Shown here one piece after another: positions 24,791-36,674 of a stretch of DNA of 64,000 nucleotides (position 1 is its first letter; each line of letters starts with the position of its first letter). The DNA is from Leucoraja erinacea. Lineage: Eukaryota. The translations under genes were made by a program, and so were the position numbers. The DNA lies in assembly GCF_028641065.1 (NCBI RefSeq), contig NC_073393.1, forward strand, positions 20,026,001-20,090,000, written 5' to 3'. Under the pieces are notes generated by a model, which had not been told where the DNA came from, did no database searches, and worked only from the letters and a program-made list of their open reading frames with translations.

Positions 24791-27700
24791 ATGTTGTCCA
24801 GTATTGCACTTCGCTGTTTCTCTTTTTGGGGGATAATTTTCACAGGTACATGGCATCCCCATAAACCGTTTATACAGACTAAAACCTACATCTATTCAAG
24901 GTTTCTTTAATGCGTGTCTTTATTTCCATCTGCAATTAGCCCTGCTCTTGCGTTTAACCTTCTGGTGTGAAATATTCCTAATATGGCCTGTTTTTCTTTC
25001 CTTTAGGCTCTGGGGAAACTGCAGACAATGTAAGTCAATTTCCTCAAGCAGTAAATGTCTCGACGGGCCAACATGCTTCGTTTCACTGCTCTCTTCCCTT
25101 CTTTCGTGAAGGGCCCAGCGTAAGCGTACATTGGTGGAAACAGGGTGAAAATGATTTTTTCATCCCAGGCCCTGACGGGAGAACGATTTCCGGCGTCAGC
25201 ACTAAATTCAGTGGCTTCCTGAAAATAGCCAATGTGAGCCGACAGGATGCCGGAGTATATTATTGTACCATCACCCGCCGAGGCACTTTAGTTGGCAACG
25301 GAACCGGATCGACATTAGTTGTGTTGGGTAAGTATGTTTAAACATGTAACGAATGCGATTTCGCGACTGTGATATTGCCCGCAAGTAACGTGTTTTTTTC
25401 AGATTTTAATCATTCATACAGCCAGATGAATACTATAAATATTGTAATTGGTAAATCATACCATAGATGGTCTGCATGCTGATATGTATAAACAAGACGT
25501 ATTGGCGATATTAATCAAAACGTATCTTATGTATTGGATGTTTATTTCCAAAGCACAGCATAACATCTGTACAATACAGGTAGCATTGTAGTGCCCGTCG
25601 TGAATACGTAAAAGACATATGCAACTATGATAGTGGGTGACCCCATACGATATACCATTTCGCCTGCGTTAGAACAAGTGTTTGTTTATATATTGGACGT
25701 TAGAGTCATTCAATTGTTCATCCAATTTGCGGTGAACCTCACTTTGACAATGGAAGACGCCCAGGACAAAAAGATCAGTGTGGGAATGGGAGGGGGAGTT
25801 AAAGTGTTGGCTAGTGGTGGGATCCCGTTGGAGGTGGCGAAAATGCCGGAGAATAATGTGATGTATGCGACGGCTGATGGGGTGAACGGTGAGGACTAGG
25901 GGGACTATGTCCCTGTTGCGACTGGGGGAGGGGGGGTGGGGGCAAGCGCGGAGCTGCGGGTTATCGAGGAGACACCAGTGAGGGCATTGTTTATGATGGA
26001 AGGGGGAAAAACCCTGTTTCCTATTGCATGAAGGCATCTCAGATGCCCTGGTATGGAACACCTCATCTTGCGCGCCGATGCGGCGTAGACGGAGGAATTG
26101 GGAATAGGGGATACAGTCTCTACAGGACGTAGAGTGGGATATACATTTACCATCATGTTTTTCTTCACTAGACAGCACGAGTAAACGTCATCTCTGATTT
26201 CAAATCGGGTATAAAGATTCCGTTTACATTATTATAAAAGCACAATGAACGCGCGAATCCGCCTCACATTAACCATTCGCACTCCGCGCACTTATTTTCT
26301 ACTAATATAAACGTATCACTGACCTTCATTCCCTAGTTCCGCCAACTCCACTGAAAATTTACTCTGGAATTCCCGAGAAGACGGAATCCTTCTTTATTCT
26401 CTGCGCGACATCTCCCTTTTACCCAAAGGATATCAGCTTCATCTGGTATAAAGATGGTATAAAAACTACAACGGATTTAGTTAATAGCAACAAGCCCACC
26501 GCAGATGGATTGTATGAAGCTTCCAGCCGATTAAAGGTGACACAGTATGGCCCGTCCGGCACCGTTTACACCTGCCTTGTGAATCATGTAACTCGCAGTG
26601 TTCCTGCAGCAGCTACTTACGTTGTCATCAACTCCGACACAGGCAGGACAGGTAAGATCTCTATTACCATAGAAATATACGTAAAGTTTGAGATTTCACA
26701 AAATGTTGCATGATATGAATTACCGTTAGTCCGGGCCTGAAACTATCAACCATGAAGATCCGTCTATTATAATCACATCCGCTCGATTTCCATGTGGCTG
26801 CAAATGTTCTCATCAAGTACACGCAAAATTGTATTTTGACAAGTTAATTGGGAGCTGCGAATCTCAAGAAAGCTATTCCCACAAATCTCCTCGATACGGT
26901 ATAACCGCTGGTTTTCCTTTTTCTTCAGGGGGAATAGGTTGTAATTGCCCCAGTAAAGCATCCTCCGTGACCAACTGCCCTTCATTTCTGCCCAAACGAG
27001 AAGACCCCAAACTTCTCCCAACTCTTCACTGAACCAGCCACAATGATCTCATCTATCATTCTCGCAAACAACCTGTGCATAGCCCTAAATTAAAAATTAG
27101 TGATTCTCAACCATTTGTCACGGTATCCTGTCCTTTGGATCCACTGCTTCATCCATGAGGTCTAAAGTTCCACGATCTGCCTTAAATCTTTTATCAGCTT
27201 ACCAGAATTGTGTAATATTTCCTCTTTCCCGTACGCTTCCAAATTCCTCAAAATATAAGCATATCTTGGCTCATTTGTCCAGTCTAACAACGACCTTCTC
27301 ACGTCTCCTGTTTTTTTTTAAATGTAGGATAACAGCACTCCCATAACAAACACAGAAACCATTCCCCGCCACCGCGAGGGTCAATTGTTTGATTCTAATC
27401 AAAATGCCGTGATCCCGATATCCGACTAACATATCTCGCTCTGCCGCCATGTCTCCACTGCCGGATGACATCTGCTCCTTGCCGAAAGTCCAAGGAGCTG
27501 AAACGGTGTCTCCCGTTCCCTGAACATGACATTACTTCCTACAGATCAGAAATGTTGCAAATAATTTAAAGCTTCAAATAAAGTAACACGCTGAAAATAT
27601 TCTCATTGACATTCCTGAATTTTAAAGCGAATATAATTTGTGAGTCGGACAGACGGTTTGCTGTCTCCGATTTAATCAGGAGTATCTCTCATATTGAACT

Positions 27701-29326
27701 TTCATTTTAATAAGGAATAAGTGAACACCGGTTCGTTTTTTAAAGCTGTTGTTCTCGTAGTAAAGTATGAAAAACATTATTTCTCACTTATATGAATAGG
27801 TTCAGAAAATTACGCCTGAAAGCATGAGCAAGAAAGCGTTCGGCACAGTAGCCTTCATCATTCATAATATTGAGTATAGAAGTTAAGAGGTCGTGTTACA
27901 ATTGCACGGGACATTGGCGAGGCAACATTTGGAGTATTGTGTTCAGTTATGGCCATCCTGTTACAGGAATTATGTTGTTAAACTGTAAAGGGTGCAGGGA
28001 AGATTTACGAGGGAGTTACCAGGACTCGAGAGCCTGAGTTATAGGGAGCGATTGAACAGGCTCAGACTTTATTCCTTGTGCTGCAGAAGGATGAGCGGTG
28101 ATCTTATAGAAGTTCTCCGCATTAGGGGAACAGATAGGGTAAACGCACGGTATTTTTCTCAGAGGAGGGGAATAAAAAATTAGAGGGCAAAAATAAATCT
28201 GGACCAGCGCATGGAAAGGATAGTTTTAGGAGGTCATGGGCCAAACGGCAGGCAAGTGGAACTAGTGTGGATGGGCTATATTGGTCCGCGTGGGCAAGTT
28301 AGGCTGAAAGGCCTGTTTCCACATTGAATTACTCTTTGACTCCACAAATGTTGGTGGGTGAACATTTAGGGACCAGTAACTACAGTTCTATTTGCGAGAA
28401 CATAGTTTTGAATCAACACAGGGTTCGTCCACAAGGTTAAAGTCCGAAGCTGGTGCAAGGTCAACTTTGATGGTATTCGACAGGAATTTACAAACGCTTG
28501 GTGGAGGCTTGGAGCAGACGCAACCAGGATACTTATTGACCAGCAGAGTTAATCCAGCACTTTGCATCATTTTAACTTACAACGATTGAGTTGAGTAGGT
28601 TATTTGCAGCCAAAGCAGCTTTGGGGAAATGGAATGCTCTTCAAAGTGCAAAGGCGAGAGTTCTAAGCATGCATGTTCATGCTAAAGTAATAGGTAAGAC
28701 AAATGAGAGTAAAGAAGCCCAGATGACATGCAAATTTGAGTCTCTGGTCAGGAAAAAAAGGAGATATGGGCCAGTTATAGGCAGCTGGGATGAAGCGTAT
28801 CCTTGAAGGAGTTTAGGAGACTGAGGAGCATAATTAAGAAGCAAATCAAACGGGCAAAAAAAAGGCAATGGATAATTCTAGCAAATAATATTAAGGAAAA
28901 TATGAAGACATTTCGTGAGTACACTAAGAGAAACAAAAAAGGTAACTAGACAGTGATATAATGCCTGCTGTAACCTTTGACAACCTTCCTCCCAACCATC
29001 AATTTTATTAAATTTATTAAATTCAAATCTGTCAATTGTATTTGTTTGCTTTTCGCAAATGTTCAAATTATTAGTAGATTTCTGAGCTTGCAGCGTAATA
29101 CATCAGATTCAAGGGAGAGGGATTTTCCGATTTCAGGAGCTACGATATTCATATGTATCTTATGTATTTCAATCTTACAGGTATTTACACCATCAATTGT
29201 GTCAGGATAATGTGCGGTTTAGTAACGTTACTACTGCCTCTTCTCGTTGCATCATGTTGTATTGCAAGAAAAAATAAAGGTAAAGAAAATTTAACCCAAT
29301 TAAGCATTTTGTTCAGGGAGCTATAG
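24791..29326 (+). CDS. Gene B: V(J)-C1-TM(Arg) Ig-superfamily receptor, predicted activating (about 278 aa)
   Basis: Exons 24791-24845, 25007-25327, 26337-26651 and 29181-29279. Read-through gives [15 protein letters not shown] at 29326; a cryptic acceptor at 30155 would give EGRRNV*. The frame is open throughout. Mostly missed by the ORF track because the exons lack early start codons. Confidence 0.85.
25007..25327 (+). CDS. Gene B V exon
   Basis: [24 protein letters not shown]...VHWWKQGE...[37 protein letters not shown]; ctttag acceptor and G|GTAAG donor. Confidence 0.93.
25718..26140 (-). mobile_element. Penelope-like fragment in gene B intron 2
   Basis: [12 protein letters not shown]...QHFNSPSHS; longer counterpart at 48500-49305. 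Confidence 0.8.
26337..26651 (+). CDS. Gene B C1 exon
   Basis: VPPTPLKI...[21 protein letters not shown]...GLYEASSRL...YTCLVNH...SDTGRT; donor AG|GTAAG. Confidence 0.92.
27825..28345 (+). mobile_element. Degenerate CR1 3' fragment
   Basis: [21 protein letters not shown]. Confidence 0.75.
29181..29279 (+). CDS. Gene B TM exon with membrane-embedded Arg
   Basis: [33 protein letters not shown]; the acceptor atgtatttcaatcttacag is identical to the gene C TM acceptor. Confidence 0.87.
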
Positions 29327-30146
29327 CTATAGAAAGGGAAGCTCGTGATGTCTCTTTTCTTGGGCAAAATAGCTTAATTTATCTTGTCATCTCGGTCGAC
29401 AAAGCCATTGTGGGCCGAGGGGCATTTTCCTATGCTGTGTATTTATGTTTTATGTTACAATGAGTGGTCTCCCTTCCATGAAAGTATTCATATTCGCCAT
29501 TCCGCCCATTTTTAAGTATACTAATATCCTACTGTATCGTGCTGTTCCCCTCAGTACTGAAGATCAATTATGTGTCACCTGTCCAATTATGTGTCACCCA
29601 TACTTCAGGAATCAGGTTTGATTCTGGTTCGAACAATTTGCAGGACTGGAAGCAACACAACTGCGCCCATTGCTTTCTGTGAGCAGTTGAGGTTTAGTCT
29701 CTTTCCCGCAGCCAGCCACGAATCGATCTGCAAATTGTCTCTAATTACGTATGCGCAGATCTTTTTTCATGTGTCATATGTTGCCAACCTATCTGACATT
29801 CCTTTGGAAATCTAGACAGTTTACATTTGTTTTCATTGTCAAAGCCCTGCCTCTCCGTATTTGCTCTCTGCCAGGTCAAATTATATGAATCCCAGCAATC
29901 GGGAGAGAATGCTAACTGGAGATTCTATTTAATTACCAGCGGCCTGGCTCCCGAAAAACACTGACTAGAATTAAAAGGCTAACGACATCAGCATATTAAT
30001 ATCGATTCGGGATAAAGCCATGTCTTTGCATATGATCGTCTCCATCGATCTATATTAACCACCAACTCTATGAGAACCGTTTTTTTTCGGGTGACAAAAT
30101 GCCATTTTTGTAACTTGAGAATAAATTAGTATTTTTAATTTACCTG

Positions 30147-30182
30147 GTACCCAGAAGGAAGGAGAAATGTCTGATATTAATG
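30147..30182 (+). pseudogene. Gene B dead cytoplasmic exon 1
   Basis: Homolog of 52689-52732 with the acceptor CCAG changed to CCTG and 36 nt instead of 44 nt. Confidence 0.75.
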
Positions 30183-31050
30183 GTATGTACTCAAAAATGA
30201 AGCATGGTCCTAAAAATAACTGTCGGTAGTCTGGGATGCATTTAATTGCCCTTAGATTAATCTGAAGTAACATTTCACATTTACACGCCCATGGAAGAAG
30301 TAAAGTTAAAATATCTGTGTTTGCCTTCAATACAACGGAAATTAGATAGCAGTATCGTTGCTACCAATACCTCTCGGTAGCAGCCGTTGAAAGGGTCTTG
30401 TACGTTAACACGATTGCTAGATGAAAACCCATCGCCAAGATGATATATTGCACTCACTTCTAAAAATTCGTGCCTCGTGTCAACAAAATGTCTAAGGTCT
30501 GTTAAATGCTCGTACATCCAGAGCAAAAACCTGAATGCCTACCACGGATGCATATATGTGCCGTTTTTGCCTTGCACCCACTGCATGCCCAGTAATTACC
30601 ATGTGAAGACTCGAAGACAATGGTAGGACGTCCAATCAGTACAGAATCAAGCTGCCCTCTATTTGCGCACAGAAAGAAACCCCAATGCACCCGCAATCAT
30701 CTCATTGGACCTTCTCTGAACTGTGTCGTGTAACGTTCTTGCGAAGAACGGCACTATCAGGCTCTAAAATGGATCCAGACGACAGTGTTCCTTAAGCGCA
30801 TCGAAACAGACGACGTCTTTGCTACTTTGCACACTGACAACCACTTGGAAACAGAATTTTGATGTGAAATGAAATGAAAAATCGCGTACGCGATTATTTC
30901 CGTTCAAACAGTTGGCTGTAATTTGCTTATTTGCGCTTGTAAATGCTAAGATAAAGCAAAGACGTTTACGAAGATAATAAAGGTCATTTACGGCTAGGAA
31001 GCCTTCCCCCGCCATCCCCACACGGCGATTGTTTTAGCTAATCAGATCTA

Positions 31051-32664
31051 CAGTGCCCTCCATAATGTTTTGGACAAAGACCCATCACTCATTTATTTGC
31101 GTCTGTACTCCACAACTTGAGATATTTAATGGAAAAAAAATCACATGGGGTTAAAGTGCACATTGTCAGATTTAAAAAAAGGCGTTTTTATACATTTTGG
31201 TTTCACCATGTCGGAATTACAGCAGTGTTTATACATAGTTCCCTCCCCCCATTTCAGGGCACCATAATGTGTGGTGCACAGCAATGTCATGTAAATGAAA
31301 GTAGTCATGTTTAGTATTTTGTTGCATATCCTTTGCATGCAATGACTGCTTGAAGTCATCGATTCGTTGACATCGCCAGTTGCTGGGTGTCTTCTCTGTC
31401 GATGCCTTGCCAGGCCTGTATTACAGTTATCTCTAGCTTATGCTTGTTTTGGGGGCTAGTACCCATCAGTTTTCTCTTCAGCATATAAAAGGCATGCTCA
31501 ATTTGGTTCAGATCGGGTGATTGACTTGGCCACTGAAGAATTTACCATTTTTTAGCTTTGAAAAACTCCTTTGTCGCTTTAGCAATATGTTTGTGATCAT
31601 TGATTTGCTGTAGAATCAACTGCCGGCCAGTTTTGATGCATTTGTTTGAAATTTTGCAGATAGGATGTGTCTATACACTTGAGAATTCATTCTGCTCCTA
31701 CCATCAGCAGTTGTATCATCAATGAAGATAAGTGAGCCAGTACCTTCAGCAGCCATACATGCCCAAGTACTGGCTCACCGATGAGGTGGTATGCATTGGA
31801 TCTTGGGCAATTCCTTCTCTCCTCCATACTTTGCTCTTGCTATCACTCTGATATCTTAATCTTCCTCTCATCTGTCTCATCTGACCTTTTTCCAGAACTG
31901 CGGTTGCTCTTTTAAGTACTTCTTGGCAAACTGTAACCTGGCCATCCTAATTTTGCGGCTAACCAGTCGTTTGCATCTTGCAGTGCAGCCTCTGTATTTT
32001 TGTTCATGAAATCTTCCACGGAGAGAGGTCATTGACAAATCCACACCTGACTCCTGAAGAGTGTTTCTGATCTTTCGGATAGGTGGTTGGGGATTTTTCT
32101 TTATTTTGGAGAAAATTCTTCTCTCATCGGCAGTGGAGGTCTTCCATGGCCTGTATGTCCCTTTGCGATTATTACGGTCAAAAATGCACTCTTTCTTCTT
32201 AAGGATGTTCTGAACAGTTGATTTTGGTAAGCCTACGGTTTGGCTGATGTCTCTAACATTTTTATTCGTGTTTCTCAGACTCATAATGGCTTCTTTGACT
32301 TTCATTGGCACATCTTCGGTCCTCGTGTTGTTAAACAGCAATACAGGTTTCCAAATGTGATGGAAAGACTGGAGGATAGACTAGGTGCTGAGAACCCCCT
32401 TAAACACACCTGAGCAATTACAAACACCTGTGAAGCCATGTGTCCCAAACATTATGGTGCCATGAAATGGGGGGACTATGTATAAACCCAGCTGTAATTT
32501 CTACATGGTAAAACCAAGATGTATTAAATGGTCTTGAATAAAACCTGACAATATGCACTGTAACTACATGTGATTTTTTTTTCTATTACAAATCTCAAAT
32601 TGTGCAATACAGAGTCAAATAAATAAATGATGGGTCTTTCTCCCAAACATTATGGGGGGGCTCT
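31051..32664 (-). mobile_element. Tc1/mariner DNA transposon, full length, decayed
   Basis: TA|CAGTGCCCTCCATAATGTTT start; about 220-bp TIRs with internal direct repeats; HTH ORF 31877-32341; empty site in the paralog at about 54170. Confidence 0.9.
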
Positions 32665-32811
32665 ATTACTCGCTTTTTTTAGTACTGTTGGAGCAGCAGA
32701 AGTGATAGACACGTCTATTCCTGTAATGGGCCATCGAATCCATTTTAGAGCCAGATTGTGTCGTTCTCCGCAAGAATCAATTCACCTTTGTTTAGAAGAT
32801 TTCTCGTTTAG

Positions 32812-33209
32812 TCTATGGAAGCGATTGTGCCTTATTTTTAGTTTAGATTAATTTCGTTTAGTTTAGTTTAGATATATTTTGTTTAAGTTTAGTTTAGATG
32901 AGTTTAGTTTAATTTAGTTTAGTTTAGATTAGTTTAGCGATACAACGCAGAAAAAGGCCCTTCGGCCCACCGAGTCCATACCGGCCAGCGATGCCCGCAT
33001 ACTTACCATATCCTACACAAACTAGGAGCAGTTTTACAATTATAGCAAGCCAATTAACCTACAAACATGTACGTCTTACGACTGTGGGACCCGGTCTCTG
33101 GCGCCGTGTGGCAGCAACTCTTACGTTGCGCCAACGTGCCGCCCCAAATCTGCTCTAAATTTGAGCAAATCTAGGATAAATCGAATGCCGGTGAATCAAG
33201 AAAGGACAG
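32812..33209 (+). pseudogene. Gene B dead cytoplasmic exon 2 (ITIM split by SINE)
   Basis: SMEAIVPY (32812-32835), then a SINE, then SALNLSKSRINRMPVNQERT (33149-33209); the LYAQ motif is deleted relative to gene C. Confidence 0.82.
32836..33148 (-). mobile_element. SINE inserted in the gene B ITIM exon
   Basis: (TTTAG)n tail and tRNA-like head; absent from the homologous exons of gene C. Confidence 0.82.
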
Positions 33210-33843
33210 GTACTCATACATGTACGCATTCAGGCTAGACATCAGTACCTCCGCCCTTCGGCATGCTTCGGCGTTCAATAAGGTGATGATTGACCTTAGC
33301 TCTGCGTTTACCACTGCCAACCGAAGTATTGACGGCTTTACTTATTTAGTACATATTTCATCTCCTGACAGAAAATATAAAGTGGAGAAAAAAAGTCAAA
33401 TTCTTGTCCTTGCGCATAATGTATCAAATAGATTTATATGGCAAAGTTAGACACAAGATGCTGGAGAAACTCGGCGGGTCAGGCATCATCTCAGGAGAAA
33501 ATGGATGTGGCGTTTCGGGTCCGGACCCTTCTTCAGACTGCATGCAGCAGGGAGAGTAGAGGGAACATTTGAAAGCGAAGTAAATTAGGAAAAGTCGGGG
33601 CCAGCTACAGATGACCTCAGGTAAAGTGGTTTCCCGATGGGTTGACTGTTGGCCAGGGACGGGTGTGAGTCCAAGAGGGATGCATAGTTACGAACTGCCG
33701 AATTCGGTAACCAACCTTTAGTGGAGGGCGGCGAGGGGCGGGGGGAGAGGAGGGTTGGGGGGGAGGGGTGTTGCCGGCCTTGATTGGTCCTGTTTTTTCT
33801 TCACCTCAGTTCCGCCTCCCCACACAAACACGCGCGCGCGCGC

Positions 33844-33880
<37 letters not shown>

Positions 33881-34124
33881 AGACGGGTCCAGACCCCAAG
33901 AGTCACCTGCCCATTTTCGTCATATATGCTGCCTGACCCGCTGACTCACTCTAGCACTTTGTGTCTATTTTTGGTATAAACCAGTATCTGCCGTTCATTT
34001 TTATTACTTTTAGTTGGCAGCCTGTTGTAATAATTTCTGATCTTGCGATGCTCTCGTGTCTGCATGAGATTTAAAGCAACTTAAAAATTAATTAATGTTC
34101 TTCCCCCTAATTTTCATCTCGTAG

Positions 34125-34290
34125 ACCAAGCAGAAACCGACGCATGCTAAAGTGATCTACGCTCCGCTCGTTACGGCAGGAAACAAGAAAAGAGAGCAAA
34201 CAATTGTACGGATAATGCCACTGACAACTAACAGCCAATAAAGCAAATGCGAGGTGCTGATGTAATCTATTCAGAATGGAATCCCGAGTA
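34125..34290 (+). pseudogene. Gene B orphan terminal ITIM exon (VIYAPL)
   Basis: TKQKPTHAKVIYAPLVTAG..., homologous to 58951-59118 but frameshifted. The ancestral frame carries an in-frame TAA before DVIYSEWNPE*. Confidence 0.75.
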
Positions 34291-35879
34291 GTGTCCGTGC
34301 TCAAAGTGATGTCTTGTTATTTGTGTAATTACTTATCAGCTCGTCCATTCTCTGACAAAAAGCTGCAACAACCCTCAGAGAAAGGACGAGATTACTATAT
34401 TACAAGCATGAAGCACTGATTTTACGTCAAAACTCCTAACCAACTGAGCCCTTCACCTTCAACACTTGGGGTGATATGGGTTGCAAATGATTGACAAAGT
34501 TATGTTCAAGTAAGTTTCGGTATCCATGCGTTTAGCAACTGTGCTCCCTGTCTTTGCATATCTTTTGTAAAGGTAGGCACCTAAATTATAATTTCTGTAA
34601 AATAATATGCACTCCCAAACGTGCTTTTACCGCATTCTTTCCAGTCGCTTTGCAATTGCTGAATGTTTGAAGATTAAAAACAAACATGATCAGAAATGGA
34701 AACGCTGTACATCATATGAATAAAAATCGAAACGATCAGAGACGAAACCAATCCGTCTTGACTCGGTTGGGGAAAAATAAACATGTAGTGGGAAGCCTTT
34801 TGTTGCATGCTATCAGTCAAAGAAAAGACTATACATGAGTACTATCAAGCCGTCCACCGTGTACCATTAAAGGATAATAGCCTTCAAATATCATTCAATG
34901 GGAAGGGCTGGAGCTTTGGGATTGCGAAATCTATAATATTGTAAGGGTCGGTGTTCAGAAGGACGAGGGGTGACCTTATAGAGGTGAACACGATCATGAG
35001 TGGAATGTGGTACTTTTACCCGGAGATGGGGAATGGACAAGCAAAAGAGGTCGGTATAAAGTGAGTGTGGACATTTTTAATTAGAACCTGCGGAGCATCT
35101 TTTTTACACAAAGGGTATGCGGTGTGTGGAACGAGTAGCCAGAGGTGTTAGTTGAAGCAGATACTGTAACAATGTTTACAAAACCTTTAGAAAGGTGCAT
35201 GGATATGATAGGTTTAGATGGTTAAGGACCCATGCAAGTGGGCCGAGTGTAGATGCGGCACGTTGGTCGGCGCGGGCAAGTTGTGATAAAGGGCTTGTTT
35301 ATAGGCGATGTGGCTCTATGATTCTCAATAAGTCTAACCGCAGGAAATGCAACACCTGTCCTTATACCTCCACCCTCGCCTCCATTCAGGGACCCCGGCA
35401 CTCCTTCCAGGTGAGACAGAATTTCACGTGCACCGCCACCAAACTTATGTACTATATCCGCCCTTCCCGATGTGGCCTCATGTACATCCACTGGGCTGAA
35501 TGTCGTCTCTGCAACCATTTCGCTCCTAACACTTGACATAAGTGCTTTAAGGGTGTAGGGAAGAACTACAGATATTGATTTACCCAGAATATATGCTCAA
35601 AATGCTGGAGTAACTCAGCGGGACAGACAGCATTTCTGGAGAGAAGGAATGGGTGACGTTTTGGGTCGAGGCCCTTCATTAGACTGAGAGTCAGGCGACA
35701 GGAATTCTAGAGATATGGAAGAATATGGTGTGAAAACGACAGATGTGGATAAGGAATTGTAGAATGATAACGCCCTCTGCGCAAAGCGGAGAGGGGTGAA
35801 GATGGGAAGATATGGCTAGTGGTAGGAACCCGTTGGAGGTGGCGAAAATGTCGGAGAAACGTGTGCTGTATGCGAGGGC

Positions 35880-36503
35880 CGATGGGTGAAAAGTGTGGAC
35901 TAGAAATGGACCATATCAGGGGTGACAGTGGAACAGCAATGGCAGGAATTTCTGGGAATAATCCAGGAGATGCAGGATCTTTTCATTCCAAAGAGGAAGG
36001 AAGCTTCTAGTGGGAGAAAGACGCGACGGTGGCTGACAAGGGAAGTCAAGGACAATGTAAAACTAAAGGAGAAGGCGTATAACAAAGCAGAGATTAGTAG
36101 GAAGCCAGAGGAACGGAAAGATTTACCGAACAATAGAAGGTGCATGTTGGGGAAGTTCAGGACAAGGTTCCCGATGTCGGGGAAGCCCAGGACAAGGGGT
36201 CACAGCTGAAGGATAAGGCGGAAATCCTTTAAAACCGAGATGAGGAGAACTTTTTTCACACAGAGAGTGGTGAATCTCTGGAACTCTCTGCCACAGAGGG
36301 TAGTTGAGGTCAGTTCATTGGCTATATTTAAGAGGGAGTTAGATGTGGCCCTTGTGGCTAAGGGGATCAGGGGGTATGGAGAGAAGGCAGGTACGGGATA
36401 CTGAGTTGGATGATCAGCCATGATCATATTGAATGGCGGTGCAGGATCGAAGGGCCGAATGGCCTACTCCTGCACCTAATTTCTATGTGTCTATGTTTCT
36501 ATG
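35880..36503 (+). mobile_element. CR1 fragments
   Basis: VEQQWQEF...FIPKRK and a 3' tail (TTTCTATG)n. Confidence 0.8.
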
Positions 36504-36554
36504 TAACTAAAAAAGGCAGAACATGCAGGGAGAGAACATGAAATACGAAGGTAA

Positions 36555-36615
36555 AGGGCCTGTCCCACGAGCATGCGACCTGAATGCGGCGAGCGCGACC
36601 AAACCAGAAGGGAGG

Positions 36616-36674
<59 letters not shown>

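Larger units (their letters stand above)
21820..26700 (+). repeat. Segmental duplicate of about 42697-49860 (upstream region to C1 exon)
   Basis: Collinear near-identity including shared TE junctions; several large indels. Confidence 0.9.

Noticed and set aside
32836-32940. Short tandem arrays (TTTAG, CATAGAAA, CA) as CRISPR or telomere-like repeats
   Set aside because: No spacer structure; these are SINE/CR1 tails and microsatellites in a eukaryote.
33220-33450. Identical 76-aa ORFs at 33220 and 39498
   Set aside because: The identity is explained by the recent local duplication; intronic, with no protein signature.
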